A stretch of 64,000 nucleotides of DNA from an uncultured Verrucomicrobiae bacterium (GCA_963834385.1 CAWIBO010000003.1:416001-480000), one strand, 5' to 3'. Shown: positions 1 through 10,591, numbered from the stretch's first letter. The notes: generated by a model from the letters alone, not told the origin. Numbers and translations are program-made.

Positions 1-538
1 AATTTTTGCGGGGTTCGAAGTCGAGAAAATCGCGCGCGGTTTTTTCGTGCAGCTGGCGGAGGCGGCGCAGGGCGTTGTGGATGATGACGCCGACATTGGA
101 AACGGAGAGGCGAGTGACCTCCGCGATCTCGGCGTAGCTGAGGCCGCCCTGAAATTTGAGCTGCAGAATTTCCTGCTGGCGCAGCGGCAGGGTGGCGATA
201 ATGCGCTGGAGGAACTCCGATGCTTCGCGTTTCTCGAGTTGCGCGGAGGGGGACGGATCGGCCGCGGCCCGGTCTTCGACCACGTTGTCCTCGAGGAAAA
301 GGAGCCGGCGTTCCTTGCGGCAGACGTTCAGGGCCCGGTTCCGGCAGACGGTGAAAAGCCATTTCACCGGGTGCGAATCGGTTTCGCGGCGGTCGGAACG
401 TTCCAGCTCGAGGAAAGTTTCCTGGACCACGTCGCGGGCCCGTTCCTGGTCCCCCAGGATGCGGGCGGCATATTGCCGCAACGGTCCTTCAAACCGTTGC
501 ATCAGGGCCGCAAGATCGTGGTCAGGCTGCGCGCTCAT
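1..538 (-). CDS. ECF-type RNA polymerase sigma-70 factor (3' end runs off window)
   Basis: Manual minus-strand translation MSAQPDHDLAALMQRFEGPLRQYAARILGDQERARDVVQETF...KWLFTVCRNRALN...LPLRQQEILQLKFQGGLSYAEIAEV; region 2 and region 4 signatures. Not in ORF track because there is no stop in the window; alternative ATG at 556. Confidence 0.9.
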   Translation of the reverse strand, partial: MSAQPDHDLAALMQRFEGPLRQYAARILGDQERARDVVQETFLELERSDRRETDSHPVKWLFTVCRNRALNVCRKERRLLFLEDNVVEDRAAADPSPSAQLEKREASEFLQRIIATLPLRQQEILQLKFQGGLSYAEIAEVTRLSVSNVGVIIHNALRRLRQLHEKTARDFLDFEPRKN

Positions 539-603
539 CGTGATGGCGAGCGGCATGCTAGCCGCTCGCCCGCCCGATGCCAGCCTCGCCCGGCCGCTCC
601 TGC

Positions 604-1217
604 TCAGAAAACCACTCCCGAGAGGGTGAACGTCACCGGGGTGGCGACGCGGGAAACTGTTCCCGGCTGGAAACGCCAGCGGCGAAAGGTAGTCAGCACC
701 GCCTGGTCGAGGAGCGCGCTGCCGGTTGATTGCGCCATGGTTACCTCGATCACCCGGCCGCTGCGCACGTCCACCCGGAGCAGCGCCACACCGGAGCCGG
801 TCACGTTCGCGCGCCGGGCGGCATACGGGTATTGCGGACGTGGGGCGTGCGTGGCCAGGACGCGCGGATTTCCGGTATAAGAGGTGGGTGGGCCGGTCGC
901 CGGACGGGAGATCGGCGCGGGGCGCAACGGGCGTATCACCGGCGGCGGAGTGGAGGGGGGCTCGATAAACTCGGGCTCCTCCACCTGGCGCGGCGGTTCC
1001 GGCACGGGCAATTCCTCGAGCGCTGGTGCCGGCAGGACCGGGTCATCGGAGGTCGTCAGGTCACAAACGATCTCGGGAAAGTCGCCGGCGGACCGGCCAC
1101 GACCGTCTCACCGGACCCGGCCAGGCCCACGGCCGCGGCGTGCAAAAGAAGGGCGCCGACAAACGCGAGCAGGATGGGGGTTCGTCGCGGAGAAGCTGGG
1201 AGCCAGAGTGTATGCAT
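604..1217 (-). CDS. TonB family energy transducer (frameshift near 1080-1110)
   Basis: TM helix (LLAFVGALLLHAAAV) in ORF 1056..1247; Pro-rich linker and TonB C-domain (PQYPYAARR...STGSALLDQAV...RRWRFQP) in ORF 604..1011. Confidence 0.8.
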
Positions 1218-1357
1218 GGTGGAGTTTCCTTCTGCGGAGAGAGACACGCGTCCCGGGAAAGAATTACGGATTCTTTCGTGAAAGAATGAAGGAGTCGGCC
1301 GGGGCGGCGGAGAAAAGGCTTGCCCGGCTTTGACCCGCTCCCAAGACTGCCAAAGCC

Positions 1358-2468
1358 ATGATTGTGAAACGCCTGCTCAAGTGGTCCGCTCTTTCTGCTC
1401 CTGGTCATCCTGCTGCTCGTGACCGGTCTGGTGGTCTTCGCTTACTGGCGCTCGGACAATGATTGTGCGGCGCTCACGGCCGCTCCCTCCGGCGAAACGA
1501 TGAAGGCGATCATCCTCTGCGATTACGGCGGCCCGGAAGGTTTGAAACTGGAAACGATCGCGAAGCCGGTGCCCAAGGACGACGGGGTGCTGGTGCGGGT
1601 GCGCGCCGCCGGGGTGAATCCCTACGACTGGCATTTGATGCGCGGCGAACCGTTCCTCATGCGGATGGACTTCGGTTTGCGTAAACCGCGCGGCATGCGC
1701 CTGGGCGTTGACTTCGCCGGGACGGTGGAGGCGGTCGGGAAGAATGTCACCGGCTTCAAGCCAGGCGACGAGGTTTTCGGCGGCAAGGTGGGCGCGTTTG
1801 CCGAATACGTGGCGGTTTCCGAGAGGTCGCTCGTCCTGAAACCGGCCAACGTCAGCCTGGCGCAGGCGGGCGCGGTGCACATCGCCGGCTTGACCGCGCT
1901 CCAGGGGCTGCGCGACCAGGGCCGGCTGAAGGCCGGCGAGAAGGTGCTGATCAATGGCGCCTCCGGAGGCGTGGGAACTTTCGCCGTGCAGATCGCCAAA
2001 ACGCTGGGCGCCGAGGTCACGGGTGTGTGCAGCACGCGCAACGTCGAGATGGTCAAGTCACTGGGGGCGGACCACGTGATCGACTACAAGAACGAGGATT
2101 TCACCAAGGGAACGGAACGCTACGACCTCATCCTCGATATGGTGGGCAACCGCAGCCTGAATGAATGCCGCGGTGTGCTGAAACCGGAGGGCCGCTACGT
2201 CATGGTCGGCGGTCAAAGCGGACGCTGGATCGCGCCGATGGACCGGGCCCTGCGCGCCACGATTCTTTCCCTCTTCGTGGACCAGGAAATGGGGATGATG
2301 CTTTCCGAGGCGAAGAAGGAGGACCTGGCCACGCTGCGCGACCTCATGGAGTCAGGCAAGGTCACGCCGGTAATCGACCGGCGTTATGCGCTGGCGGAGG
2401 TTCCCGAGGCGATCCGATATCTCGAGGAAGGCCACGCCCGGGGCAAGGTGGTCATCGACGTCGAGTAG
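1358..2468 (+). CDS. NAD(P)-dependent MDR-family oxidoreductase (quinone oxidoreductase-like) with N-terminal hydrophobic segment
   Basis: MKAII..YGGPE, VNPYDW, GVDFAG, INGASGGVG, GHARGKVVI. The leader from ATG 1358 joins the main frame through a 1-nt slip near 1393. Confidence 0.9.
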
Positions 2469-2553
2469 AACAAAGCGTCGGCCTCCGTAGAACCGCGGCG
2501 TTCGATTAACGACTCGTTCGAGGCCGTCGCGTGGGCGGCCTGGTCGCCATCTC

Positions 2554-3105
2554 CTACCCGCCCCCGCCCTGTTCGAGCTCTTTCAACTCCCTTTCCAGGC
2601 GCTGGCGTTCGCGTTCCATCTCAAGGATCCGCCGGTTTTCCTCCTCGATCTTCGCGTTCTCCCGGGCCACCTCTGCCGCCGCCGCTTCTCTCTGCTTCGC
2701 GGCGGTGTCCGCAGCGGTGTTCGTGGTGGTCGGTTCCGCGACGGTAGGTTCGACGGCGGCTGCGGTGGCCTCCGGTTTCGCTATTGTCTCCGGCTTCGCG
2801 GTGGTCCTCTTTGCCGGGGCCGTTTTCGCGGCGGCTTTCGCGCGGTCGGTTCGGGCTTTCACCTCCGCAATCCTCGCCTTTAAGCGCGCGGCGGCTTTGC
2901 CCTGGCGGGCTTCCTGCCTTTGCGTTTTTTCCGCCTGCCGCTCACCCGCCTTCTCCGCCCTGGCCTGTCGTTTGGCGGCCTTGGTCTGGCGGACGTTCTC
3001 CGCGGCTTCGTTATCCGGGAGTTGCGCCGGGAGACGGTCCACGGCCAGGAGTCCGGCGAGCGCGATGAACGCGGCCAGCATTCGGGTGCGGGGGAATGTT
3101 CTCAT
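2554..3105 (-). CDS. Hypothetical exported Ala/Lys-rich protein with C-terminal coiled coil
   Basis: MRTFPRTRMLAAFIALAGLLA signal-like segment; low-complexity AAK/EPT stretch; ERERQRLERELKELEQ. Confidence 0.55.
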   Translation of the reverse strand: MRTFPRTRMLAAFIALAGLLAVDRLPAQLPDNEAAENVRQTKAAKRQARAEKAGERQAEKTQRQEARQGKAAARLKARIAEVKARTDRAKAAAKTAPAKRTTAKPETIAKPEATAAAVEPTVAEPTTTNTAADTAAKQREAAAAEVARENAKIEEENRRILEMERERQRLERELKELEQGGGG

Positions 3106-3157
3106 TCTCCCAGTTTGAGCCCCGGGCCGCGGTCCGGCCAGACCAAAGCGGCCGGTC

Positions 3158-4006
3158 TCAGCCTTTGCCGCCGGTCGTGGCGATGCCCTCGACAAACGCG
3201 CGTTGAGCGAGAAAGAACAGGACCATGACCGGCAGGACCACGAGGGTGGAGGCGGCCATCAGGTGATGCCACGGGGTGCCGCCGAGCTGGCTTTGAAAGC
3301 TTTGCAGGCCGAGTGCGAGGGTGAACTGTTTTTGCTCGGTCAGAAAGATGAGGGGCCCGAGAAAATCGTTCCAGGTGGCCATGAACTGGAAGAGCGCGAC
3401 GACGAGCAGGGCCGGCTTTGAGAGCGGCAGGATGATGCGCCAGAAAATCTGGAACTCGCTGCAGCCATCGAGCCGCGCCGCTTCCGACATGTCCCGCGGG
3501 AGGGTGAGGAAAAACTGGCGCAGGAGAAAGACGTTGAAAGCGCCGGCGAGAAACGAGGGAACCCAGAGCGGCGCGAACGTTCCGATCAGGCCGGCCGCCT
3601 TGAAGAGGCCGTAGATCGGCACCATCACGACCGGGAAGGGGATCATCATGGTGGCGAGCAGGACCAGGAAGACCTTGTCGCGACCCGGCCAGTCGATGCG
3701 CGAGAAACCGTAGGCGGCGAGCGAGCTGCTCGCGACTGTGCCGACGACCGTGAGCAGGCAGAGGAAGACGGTGTTCCCGGTGTAGCGCCAGAAATAGCCC
3801 ATCGCCTCGATCGCGTCCGGGTAGTTGCGCCACTGGAACGTGCTCGGAATCCACTCGGGCGGCAGGGACATGGTCTCGGGCAACGGTTTGAGCGAGGTGG
3901 AGATCATCCAGGCAAACGGGGCCAGGAAGGCGACGCCTGCGAGGATGAGCACGGCCAGGACGAGGAGGTTGCGGACGCGCCGGGCGCTGGTGTTTCGCAT
4001 CGTCAT
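3158..4006 (-). CDS. Carbohydrate ABC transporter permease (MalG-like)
   Basis: MTMRNTSARR..; EAA motif DMSEAARLDGCS; WNDFLGPLI; AQRAFVEGIATTGGKG. Confidence 0.92.
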   Translation of the reverse strand: MTMRNTSARRVRNLLVLAVLILAGVAFLAPFAWMISTSLKPLPETMSLPPEWIPSTFQWRNYPDAIEAMGYFWRYTGNTVFLCLLTVVGTVASSSLAAYGFSRIDWPGRDKVFLVLLATMMIPFPVVMVPIYGLFKAAGLIGTFAPLWVPSFLAGAFNVFLLRQFFLTLPRDMSEAARLDGCSEFQIFWRIILPLSKPALLVVALFQFMATWNDFLGPLIFLTEQKQFTLALGLQSFQSQLGGTPWHHLMAASTLVVLPVMVLFFLAQRAFVEGIATTGGKG

Positions 4007-4923
4007 TTCGCGGCGTAGTAGATGTGCCGCTCGGAGAGTTTCGTGGCCGCGTAGGTCAGGCCCAGGATGAGAAGGAAGAGCACCAGCCCGATGGCGCAGG
4101 CGTAGCCCATGTTCCAGTAATCGAAGGCGTTCTGGTAAAGATAGGTCGCCATGAAAAGGAGCGAACGCTCCGGGCCGTCGCCGCCGCCGGTCATGACGTA
4201 AGGCACGGCAAAGACCTGGAACGACCCGATCAGGCCCATGATGGTGTTGAAATAGATGACCGGGGAAAGGATCGGCACGGTGATGTGCCGGGTCTTGTGC
4301 CAGAAATTGGCGCCGTCGATCTCGGCGGACTCGTAAAGATGCCGCGGCACGCTCCTGGAGACCGGCGAGATAGATGACCACGGCGTGGCCGATGCCCCAA
4401 AGGCTCGTGAAAATGATGCCCCACTTCGCGTAACGCGCTTCCATGAGCCAGTTGGGCGGGGTCGAGTTCCGTCCCGAGGAGTGCGTTGATCCCGCGGAAG
4501 AACGGCAGGAGCGCGTTGTTGATCAGCCCGAGTTCGCCGTTGAGCATCCATTGCCAGAGGACCGCGAGGCAGACCATCGGCACGAGCGACGGCAGAAAGA
4601 AAATCGTCCGGAGAAGGCCGCGCGCGGGGATGTCGAAATTGAGGAGGATGGCCAGGGAGAGCGACATCACCAGTCCGAGCGGAATGGCAAAAGCGGCGAA
4701 GAAAAGCGTGTTGTAGAGCGCTTTCCAGAAGACGGCGTCGGTGAACAGATCGATGTAGTTTTGCGTGCCGACGAAAACGGCGGGCGAGAGCACGGAATAA
4801 TCGCAGAGCGAGAAATAGAGGCTGCTCAGGAGCGGATAAACGCACAGGGCCAGGAACCCGAGGATCCACGGGACTGATGAAGAGCAGCCCGAGCCGGAGG
4901 TTGCGTCGTTCCTCCCGGGTCAT
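4003..4923 (-). CDS. Carbohydrate ABC transporter permease (MalF-like), several frameshifts
   Basis: Pieces in three frames: MTREERRNLRLGLLFISP / FVGTQNYIDLFTDAVFWKALYNT..RTIFFLPSLVP / LYESAEIDGANFWHKTRHITVPILSP. Confidence 0.85.
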   Translation of the reverse strand: MTREERRNLRLGLLFISPVDPRVPGPVRLSAPEQPLFLALRLFRALARRFRRHAKLHRSVHRRRLLESALQHAFLRRFCHSARTGDVALPGHPPQFRHPRARPSPDDFLSAVARADGLPRGPLAMDAQRRTRADQQRAPAVLPRDQRTPRDGTRPRPTGSWKRVTRSGASFSRAFGASATPWSSISPVSRSVPRHLYESAEIDGANFWHKTRHITVPILSPVIYFNTIMGLIGSFQVFAVPYVMTGGGDGPERSLLFMATYLYQNAFDYWNMGYACAIGLVLFLLILGLTYAATKLSERHIYYAAK

Positions 4924-6277
4924 GGCTGTTCCTCCCGCCATTCCTCGGTCAGCTTGTGCGACACGCGCTCCCAGCGGTTCCGGCGATGGTCGAAGACCGC
5001 CTGCTACATGCTCCTGCACGTCGTGCAGAGCCACCGCCGCGTCGGTCTTGCCCGACCAGATCCGGCCGACGGCGTTGCGCATGTCGTTGCGGTAAATCGA
5101 TCCAGATGGTCATCTGCGGGGACAAAGCGCGTTCGGGCTTTTGGCCAGCTCGAGGAATTCGCCGATGTAGGGATTGGGATGGCGCTGGAAAAACTCGGGG
5201 CTGACCTCGCGCAGCGGCGTGAACTTGCGCTGGCCCAGGCAGAGTTTTTCCATCGGCTTCTGCTGGTTGACGTAGCGGATGAATTCGAAGGCTTCTCGCG
5301 GATGACGGGCCCCCGCCGGAATGACGAGCAGATCGGCTTCGACCATGGTCACGGGCGGACTTGCTCCGGATCTGGGCCTGCGGAAATGCGGCCACGCCCC
5401 ATTCGAAATCCGGCGGCGCGTAATTCTTGATGAAATTGTAGATCCAGGCGCCCTGCAGCACCATGGCGACTCGACCGGAAAAAAACGGATTCTGCGGAGA
5501 AGCGAAATTGCCGAAACTGTCGCGGAACGCGAGCAGGTCACGCGCGCCGAAGCGTTCGGGATAGGACTCGATCCAGCGGTAGGCCGCGATGTTTTCCGGC
5601 GAGGCTGCCGTGATTCGTTCCCTGGCCGTCCCAAAGCCGGCCGCCGAACCACCAGCCCCAGATGTCGCTGCACCAGTCGGGCTCGGCCGGGAGATGGCCG
5701 ATGGCCTCAAGGCGGCCGTCCGGCCGGCGCTTGACCAGCTTCTCATTGAACTCCTCCAGCTCGGCGATCGAGCGCGGCGGCTGTTCCGGATCGAGCCCGG
5801 CTTCGCGGAAAAGTTTCTTGTTCCAGACCAGGGCGAGCGCGCCCGGCGTGCTCGGGAGAGCCCAGAGATGGTCGCGATGGGAGCACAGGTTCCAGAAGAC
5901 GTCGATGTATTGTTCGGCCGAGACGCCGCCTTCCGCCGCCAGCCGGTCGAGCGGCGTAAGCGCGTTGTTCTCCGCGTAAACCGCCACCATGCGTGACCAG
6001 ATCCCGGCCACGTCCGGCGGTACGCCGCCCGCCGTGGCGAGCATCAGGCTTGCGGTCGAGTCTGGCTGACGCTCGAGTAATCGACAAAGATGCGGTCCTG
6101 CGCGGCGTTGAAGTCGTCCACCACCGCGCGCATCGCGTCGGCCTCGAAGCCGGTCCATTTTTCCCAGTATTTGATGATCACGCGGCCTTCGCGCTGGCCC
6201 GTGCCCGCCGGGGTGCACGCGCCCAGAAAGGCGCCGAGCAGGAGCACCAGACCGCAACCGTGGCGGACGGCCGTCAC
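4920..6277 (-). CDS. Sugar ABC transporter substrate-binding lipoprotein, several frameshifts
   Basis: GTG 6277 overlaps the GH31 stop; lipobox LGAC; YWEKWTGFEADAMRAVVDDFN; LVWNKKLFREAGLDPE; FFSGRVAMVLQGAW; ends EEWREEQP* overlapping the permease ATG. Confidence 0.85.
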
Positions 6278-8694
6278 GAAATCACCTCGGCCTCCAGCCG
6301 AAAGTCGCGGCCGTCGTTCTCGAGCCATGCGCTTCCCTCCGCGAGCTCGAGTGCCGCGCCGTCGAGGGTAAGCCCGCGGCAGGCCGCGCCGTGCCAGCAA
6401 AGACGAAACCGTTCCCTTCGAAACTCCGGGTAGCCTTTGCCGGTCACGGTCGCGCTGAGGCTCAGCCGGTTTCCTTTCCGCTCGAGCAAAAACTCGGTGC
6501 GATAAAACGCGCCCCGATCCGCGGCGAAAGTCACGCCATCGTCCTCCTGCAGGAGCGAACGCGTGGCGCCCTCTTCTTCCGGGACGAAAAGGTGGAGCTC
6601 GATCTCGGTCGGATGAAAATCCCGGGTCGAGGGCGGCGCGCCCGGCCACAACGGAATGATCGCGCCGCCGCGCGCGTAAAGCGGAATGAATTCGAGCGGC
6701 GCCGCCGCCCGCACCGTCCGGCCGCCGTTGATCCTCTCGCCCGTGTGCCATTGGTGCCATGTGCCCGCGGGGAGATAGACCTCGCGCTCCCGAGCCTCCG
6801 ACTCGCAGATCGGCGCCACCAACAGGTGGTCGCCCAGGAGATACTGGTCGTCGATGCCATGGGTGGCCGGGTCCGTTTGATAATCGAAGAGGAGCGGTTT
6901 CTGCACCGGCTCGCCTGTTTCGGTCGCCCGGACAAAGCTCGCGTAGAGATAGGGGAGCAGCCGGTAACGCAGTTCGATCGCCTCACGGCAAAGGCGTTCG
7001 GTTTCTTCGCCGAAAGCCCACGGATATTGGTCGGCCCGCCCGGCGCAGTTGTGGTTGCGGCAAAAAGGGGTGAGGACGCCGCTTTGATACCAGCGCACGA
7101 GCAGTTCCGCGGTGGTGTCTCCCATGAAACCGCCAATATCGGCCCCGACAAAGGGCTGCCCGGAAACGCCGAGGCCGAGCGCCATCGGAATGCTCAGGCG
7201 CAGATGGTCCCAGCGGGAAACGTTGTCGCCCATCCAGTTGGCGGCGTAACGCTGGAGTCCCGGCGAGCCCGCCCTTGAGAGGACGAAGAACCGCTGGTCC
7301 GGGCGCGCTTTTTGCAGGCCTTCCACCGTGCCCATGGCCATGAGCAGGGCATACTGATTGTGATACTGCTCGTGCGAAAAGCGGCCACGCCCGAAGCGCA
7401 TGGCGTGGTCCGGCACGTCGCCCGTCGCCGGCTCGTTCATGTCGTTCCAGATGCCGGCAAGCCCGGAGCGGACATGCGCGGCATTGAGTTCGCCCCACCA
7501 GGCCCGCGTTTCCGGCAAAAGAAAATCGGGGAAAGCGGTCCGGCCCGGCCAGACCTGCCCGATGTAGACCGCGCCGCCTTCCGTTCGGCAAAGGAGATCG
7601 CGGCGCAGAGCCTCGTCGAAAACGGCGTAGCCTTCCTCCTCTTTCACGCCCGGATCAATGATCGTGACCACGCCGAAACCCTGTTCACCGAGACGGGCCA
7701 GCATTTTTTCGGGTGTGGGAAAGCGGTCGGGATCCCAGGTGAAAACGCGGTAACCGTCCATGTGATCGATGTCGAGCCAGAGGGTGTCGCACGGAATGTT
7801 GCGGGTGCGAAAGGTCTGCCCGAGTTCCTCCACCTTCTCCTGGCTATAGGCGAACCACCGGCTTTGGTGATGGCCTAGCGCCCAGAGCGGCGGCAGCTTC
7901 ATCCGGCCGGTCAGCCAGGTGTAGCCGACCAGGATGTCGCGCATCGACGGCCCGGCCATGATGTATTCGGTGTACTGGCCGCCGGTGAAATGGATGCCGT
8001 AGTGCTCCGCGCCGGCGAAATCGCAATGGCTCCGGTAACCATTATCGAAAAAAAATCCGGCGAGGTTGCACGAACCCGCGGGCCGATGATAAAAAAACGG
8101 AATCGAAATGTAGTAAGGATCGAATTCGGTGCTCGTCGGGTCGCGCGGGTCGGCCCCGTCGGTCCCTTCGCGGTAGCCGCCGCTGACCGCGGGTGCGAGC
8201 ACGTCGGAGTTCCAGAGGGTGAAGGTGCGGCCACGGCGATTGAAGCTCCCCGTTTTTTCCCCGAGCCCGAAGAAAGCGTCCCCCGGATCGCAGGCGCGCC
8301 GGGTGACCCATTCGTCATTAAGGGTGCCATGGAACGCGCTTGCTCCATCGTCGCCAACGAATTCCCGGAGGATAACGGTGCCATCGACGCGCGTCACCTC
8401 GAGCCCGAACGGGCGTTTGTGCACCGTCACGGTTAGAGCGGAGGTCCGAAGCCGGACCAGGTCGTTCTCTTCCTCGATCGTGAAAGGGGGCGGCTCGGGA
8501 AATTCCGCGCAGACGGCAAACGTCGGCTGATCGTCGAACCGGCCCTGTCGGGAAATCCGGAGGCGCACGATATCGTCGCGGATCGCATCGATTTGCAAAC
8601 GCTCGCGCAAAGGCGCCAGCGCGAGCTCGAGTCCGCGCGCGGTCCGGCGCACCTCCGTCACGCCTTCGATGAACTGGAAATGAGCGGTGTTCAT
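6274..8694 (-). CDS. Glycoside hydrolase family 31 (alpha-glucosidase-like)
   Basis: GLGEK, WLDIDHMDG, IIDPG, catalytic WNDMNEP, WMGDN, GADIGGF. Confidence 0.95.
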   Translation of the reverse strand: MNTAHFQFIEGVTEVRRTARGLELALAPLRERLQIDAIRDDIVRLRISRQGRFDDQPTFAVCAEFPEPPPFTIEEENDLVRLRTSALTVTVHKRPFGLEVTRVDGTVILREFVGDDGASAFHGTLNDEWVTRRACDPGDAFFGLGEKTGSFNRRGRTFTLWNSDVLAPAVSGGYREGTDGADPRDPTSTEFDPYYISIPFFYHRPAGSCNLAGFFFDNGYRSHCDFAGAEHYGIHFTGGQYTEYIMAGPSMRDILVGYTWLTGRMKLPPLWALGHHQSRWFAYSQEKVEELGQTFRTRNIPCDTLWLDIDHMDGYRVFTWDPDRFPTPEKMLARLGEQGFGVVTIIDPGVKEEEGYAVFDEALRRDLLCRTEGGAVYIGQVWPGRTAFPDFLLPETRAWWGELNAAHVRSGLAGIWNDMNEPATGDVPDHAMRFGRGRFSHEQYHNQYALLMAMGTVEGLQKARPDQRFFVLSRAGSPGLQRYAANWMGDNVSRWDHLRLSIPMALGLGVSGQPFVGADIGGFMGDTTAELLVRWYQSGVLTPFCRNHNCAGRADQYPWAFGEETERLCREAIELRYRLLPYLYASFVRATETGEPVQKPLLFDYQTDPATHGIDDQYLLGDHLLVAPICESEAREREVYLPAGTWHQWHTGERINGGRTVRAAAPLEFIPLYARGGAIIPLWPGAPPSTRDFHPTEIELHLFVPEEEGATRSLLQEDDGVTFAADRGAFYRTEFLLERKGNRLSLSATVTGKGYPEFRRERFRLCWHGAACRGLTLDGAALELAEGSAWLENDGRDFRLEAEVIS

Positions 8695-8734
8695 GTCGCG
8701 GCGTGGGCGCTTCCCGGTGAAGCGCCGAGGGACC

Positions 8735-9961
8735 TCACTGGCCGATGGTCGAAAACATGCCGGGCCGGCTGCTGCTTTCGGCCCGCCAGATTGGTCCTTC
8801 CTCGGAATGCGGCGGGAGCTTTTGCCCGGCCCCGAGCGGGAACGGTTTGGCCGGGCCCATCCGGAACACCGGCAGAATCGGGTTGCCGCCCGGTTCCTTG
8901 GGATAAGTGGCGCCTTCCTTCTCGATCAGGAAAATCGCGGAAAATTGGCCGCCCGGCTGTTCGCCCACGAGGATTTCGATGGGATACGATTTGCCCGCCT
9001 CCACCTGCACGCGTTCGCCTTTCACAAACCCGCCCGGCTGCTCCGGCTCGCGCCATTTGTAATGATAATTGCCGAGTGACTTTGTGATTTTCTCCGAGTT
9101 GATGTTCCAGCAGGCGCCCAGGACCGTTTTGCCGCGGAACCGGACAAAGAGAACGTCGTCGCCCGCGCCGACGAAACTGAAGGTGCCGCTTTCGGGCGCG
9201 ATGACGTCGCCTTTGTACCAGGCCAGCCACATTCTCGGTTGCACGTCGCGGCCGACGTCAAACGCCTTTGGGCCTTCCTCGGCCGGGATCGCCGGGATGA
9301 GGAAACGCGTGGCGTAAAGCGGGCTGGGCGCGCGATAGAATTTGTTCAGGACGGTGGCGTTCCAGCCTTCCTGGATGAATTCGTAAACGAGCGCCCCGTA
9401 TTTGTCCGGGTCCATCTCGGTCGGTTTGCGGCCGGCGGTTTGTTTCAGGTCGTAGAACGTTCCCTTGATTCCGCCCGAGCTGGCTTCGCGCAGGCCGAAC
9501 ATGGAGACCGGGCCGCCGCCCGCGCTCGAGGCGGCCGCGCCCGCCGGCCCGCCGAGGGCGCCAAGGTTCATCCCGGTGGCGCCCGCCATCTGGTTCGGTT
9601 TCACCGCGGCGCGCGGCATGGCCGGCATTTCCGGGAGAGTGAATTTGGCTGCGCCGGTGCTGACGATCCGTTTGACCGCGGGCGCGCTCATCATGTTCTG
9701 TTTTTTCGCCATCTGTACTTTGTGCTCGATCGCGCGGCTGGCGCGGTTCGGGGAAGGGGCGCCCGCCTTGAAGGTGAGCTTGCGGGTGGCGGCATATTGT
9801 TGCACCACCCAGACCGCGGCGATCAGCCCGAGCACGAGGTGAACAATGATGGAGATGAAAAGGAACCGCATCCCCATGAGGCGGCGGAGCCAGCCCGCGG
9901 GCGGTTTCGCGGCGGGAGTTTCGAGCTGGACCGGTTCTGTCTCTCGCGTCTCGACGGGCAT
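8735..9961 (-). CDS. Membrane-anchored hypothetical protein with PA14-like beta domain
   Basis: N-terminal TM (FISIIVHLVLGLIAAVWVV), low-complexity linker, then GTFYDLKQ...YKGDVIAPESGTFSFVGAGDDVLFVRF...YPIEILVGEQPGG, which resembles PA14. Confidence 0.55.
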   Translation of the reverse strand: MPVETRETEPVQLETPAAKPPAGWLRRLMGMRFLFISIIVHLVLGLIAAVWVVQQYAATRKLTFKAGAPSPNRASRAIEHKVQMAKKQNMMSAPAVKRIVSTGAAKFTLPEMPAMPRAAVKPNQMAGATGMNLGALGGPAGAAASSAGGGPVSMFGLREASSGGIKGTFYDLKQTAGRKPTEMDPDKYGALVYEFIQEGWNATVLNKFYRAPSPLYATRFLIPAIPAEEGPKAFDVGRDVQPRMWLAWYKGDVIAPESGTFSFVGAGDDVLFVRFRGKTVLGACWNINSEKITKSLGNYHYKWREPEQPGGFVKGERVQVEAGKSYPIEILVGEQPGGQFSAIFLIEKEGATYPKEPGGNPILPVFRMGPAKPFPLGAGQKLPPHSEEGPIWRAESSSRPGMFSTIGQ

Positions 9962-10062
9962 CAAATCAGGGGAAGGCAAAAACGGGATTTTTCCCGCTCC
10001 ACAGTATCAGCGCTCTCTCGAAACGGAAGGGGCCGATGCCTTTTTTCCGTCACTTTGAGTCA

Positions 10063-10232
10063 GACGAAGAAGATTGAGGTCCGCAGATTACGCAGATGGA
10101 CGCAGATTTTGGGGGAGGTGCCGGCGGCGCGACGGTCGGTGGCGGGTCCGCTTCTCTCTTCCGTCATCCTGAGCGAAGCGAAGGACCTCCCATGCCAGCA
10201 CAACGCGACGCTTCCAGTTGCACCCTGGAGAG
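10063..10232 (+). repeat. Composite ~165-bp direct repeat, copy 1
   Basis: acgaaga..gtccgcagattacgcagatggacgcagatt..gggggaggtgccggcggcgc..ttccgtcatcctgagcgaagcgaaggacctcccatgccagcac; aligns by eye with 10879-11040. Confidence 0.9.
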
Positions 10233-10241
10233 ATCGCCAAT

Positions 10242-10270
10242 GTGACAGCGTCTGGCGCTCGTTGTAGAAT
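10242..10270 (+). promoter_or_regulatory. sigma70-like promoter, probably leaderless, for the antitoxin at 10277
   Basis: GTGACA (10242-47), 17-nt spacer, TAGAAT (10265-70), 6 nt, GTG start. Confidence 0.6.
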
Positions 10271-10276
10271 CGTTGC

Positions 10277-10498
10277 GTGAGCACTGTCACCGAGATTCGC
10301 GAAGCGATCCGAAAGCTGCCAAGCGAGGACGCGTGGAAGCTGGCGGCTGAGTTGCGGGAGTATCTCGACGTTCTTTGGGATCGGCAATTCGAAGAGGATG
10401 TCAAAGCTGGTCGCCTGGACGATATAATCGCACACGCTCGCGAAGCGCACGCCGCGGGCAAGAGTCGGCCGATGGATGAAATCATCGGGAACGACTGA
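10277..10498 (+). CDS. Putative type II antitoxin (addiction-module component)
   Basis: 73 aa, MSTVTEIREAIRKLP...WDRQFEEDVKAGRLD; overlaps the start of a RelE/ParE-like toxin. Confidence 0.75.
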   Translation: MSTVTEIREAIRKLPSEDAWKLAAELREYLDVLWDRQFEEDVKAGRLDDIIAHAREAHAAGKSRPMDEIIGND

Positions 10499-10548
10499 CT
10501 TCTGGCGACTTTATCGGCGGTTGCCGGAGCCGGTGGCAAAGAGATCGA
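10476..10548 (+). pseudogene. Truncated RelE/ParE-like toxin (N-terminal ~24 codons)
   Basis: MKSSGTTDFWRLYRRLPEPVAKR resembles the N-terminus of this toxin class; the ORF then reads into the antisense of hicA/hicB. Confidence 0.65.
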
Positions 10549-10552
10549 AGGA

Positions 10553-10591
10553 TACCTCGTTGGCTGTGCGAACAGGGAAGCGTTCGCTCAC
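10553..10591 (-). pseudogene. hicA: Truncated HicA toxin (N-terminal ~13 codons)
   Basis: GTGA overlap with the hicB stop; MSERFPVRTANEV then non-homologous sequence; no GSH motif. Confidence 0.55.

Noticed and set aside
47..880. 277-aa + strand ORF and many similar long ORFs (e.g. 20613..22082, 22043..24037, 46425..48299, 61933..63717, upstream part of 54212..56152)
   Set aside because: Antisense or alternate-frame shadows of recognisable genes in high-GC DNA; no motifs of their own.
10060..10539. ORFs containing VILSEAKDL or its reverse frames
   Set aside because: Translations of the non-coding repeat, not genes.
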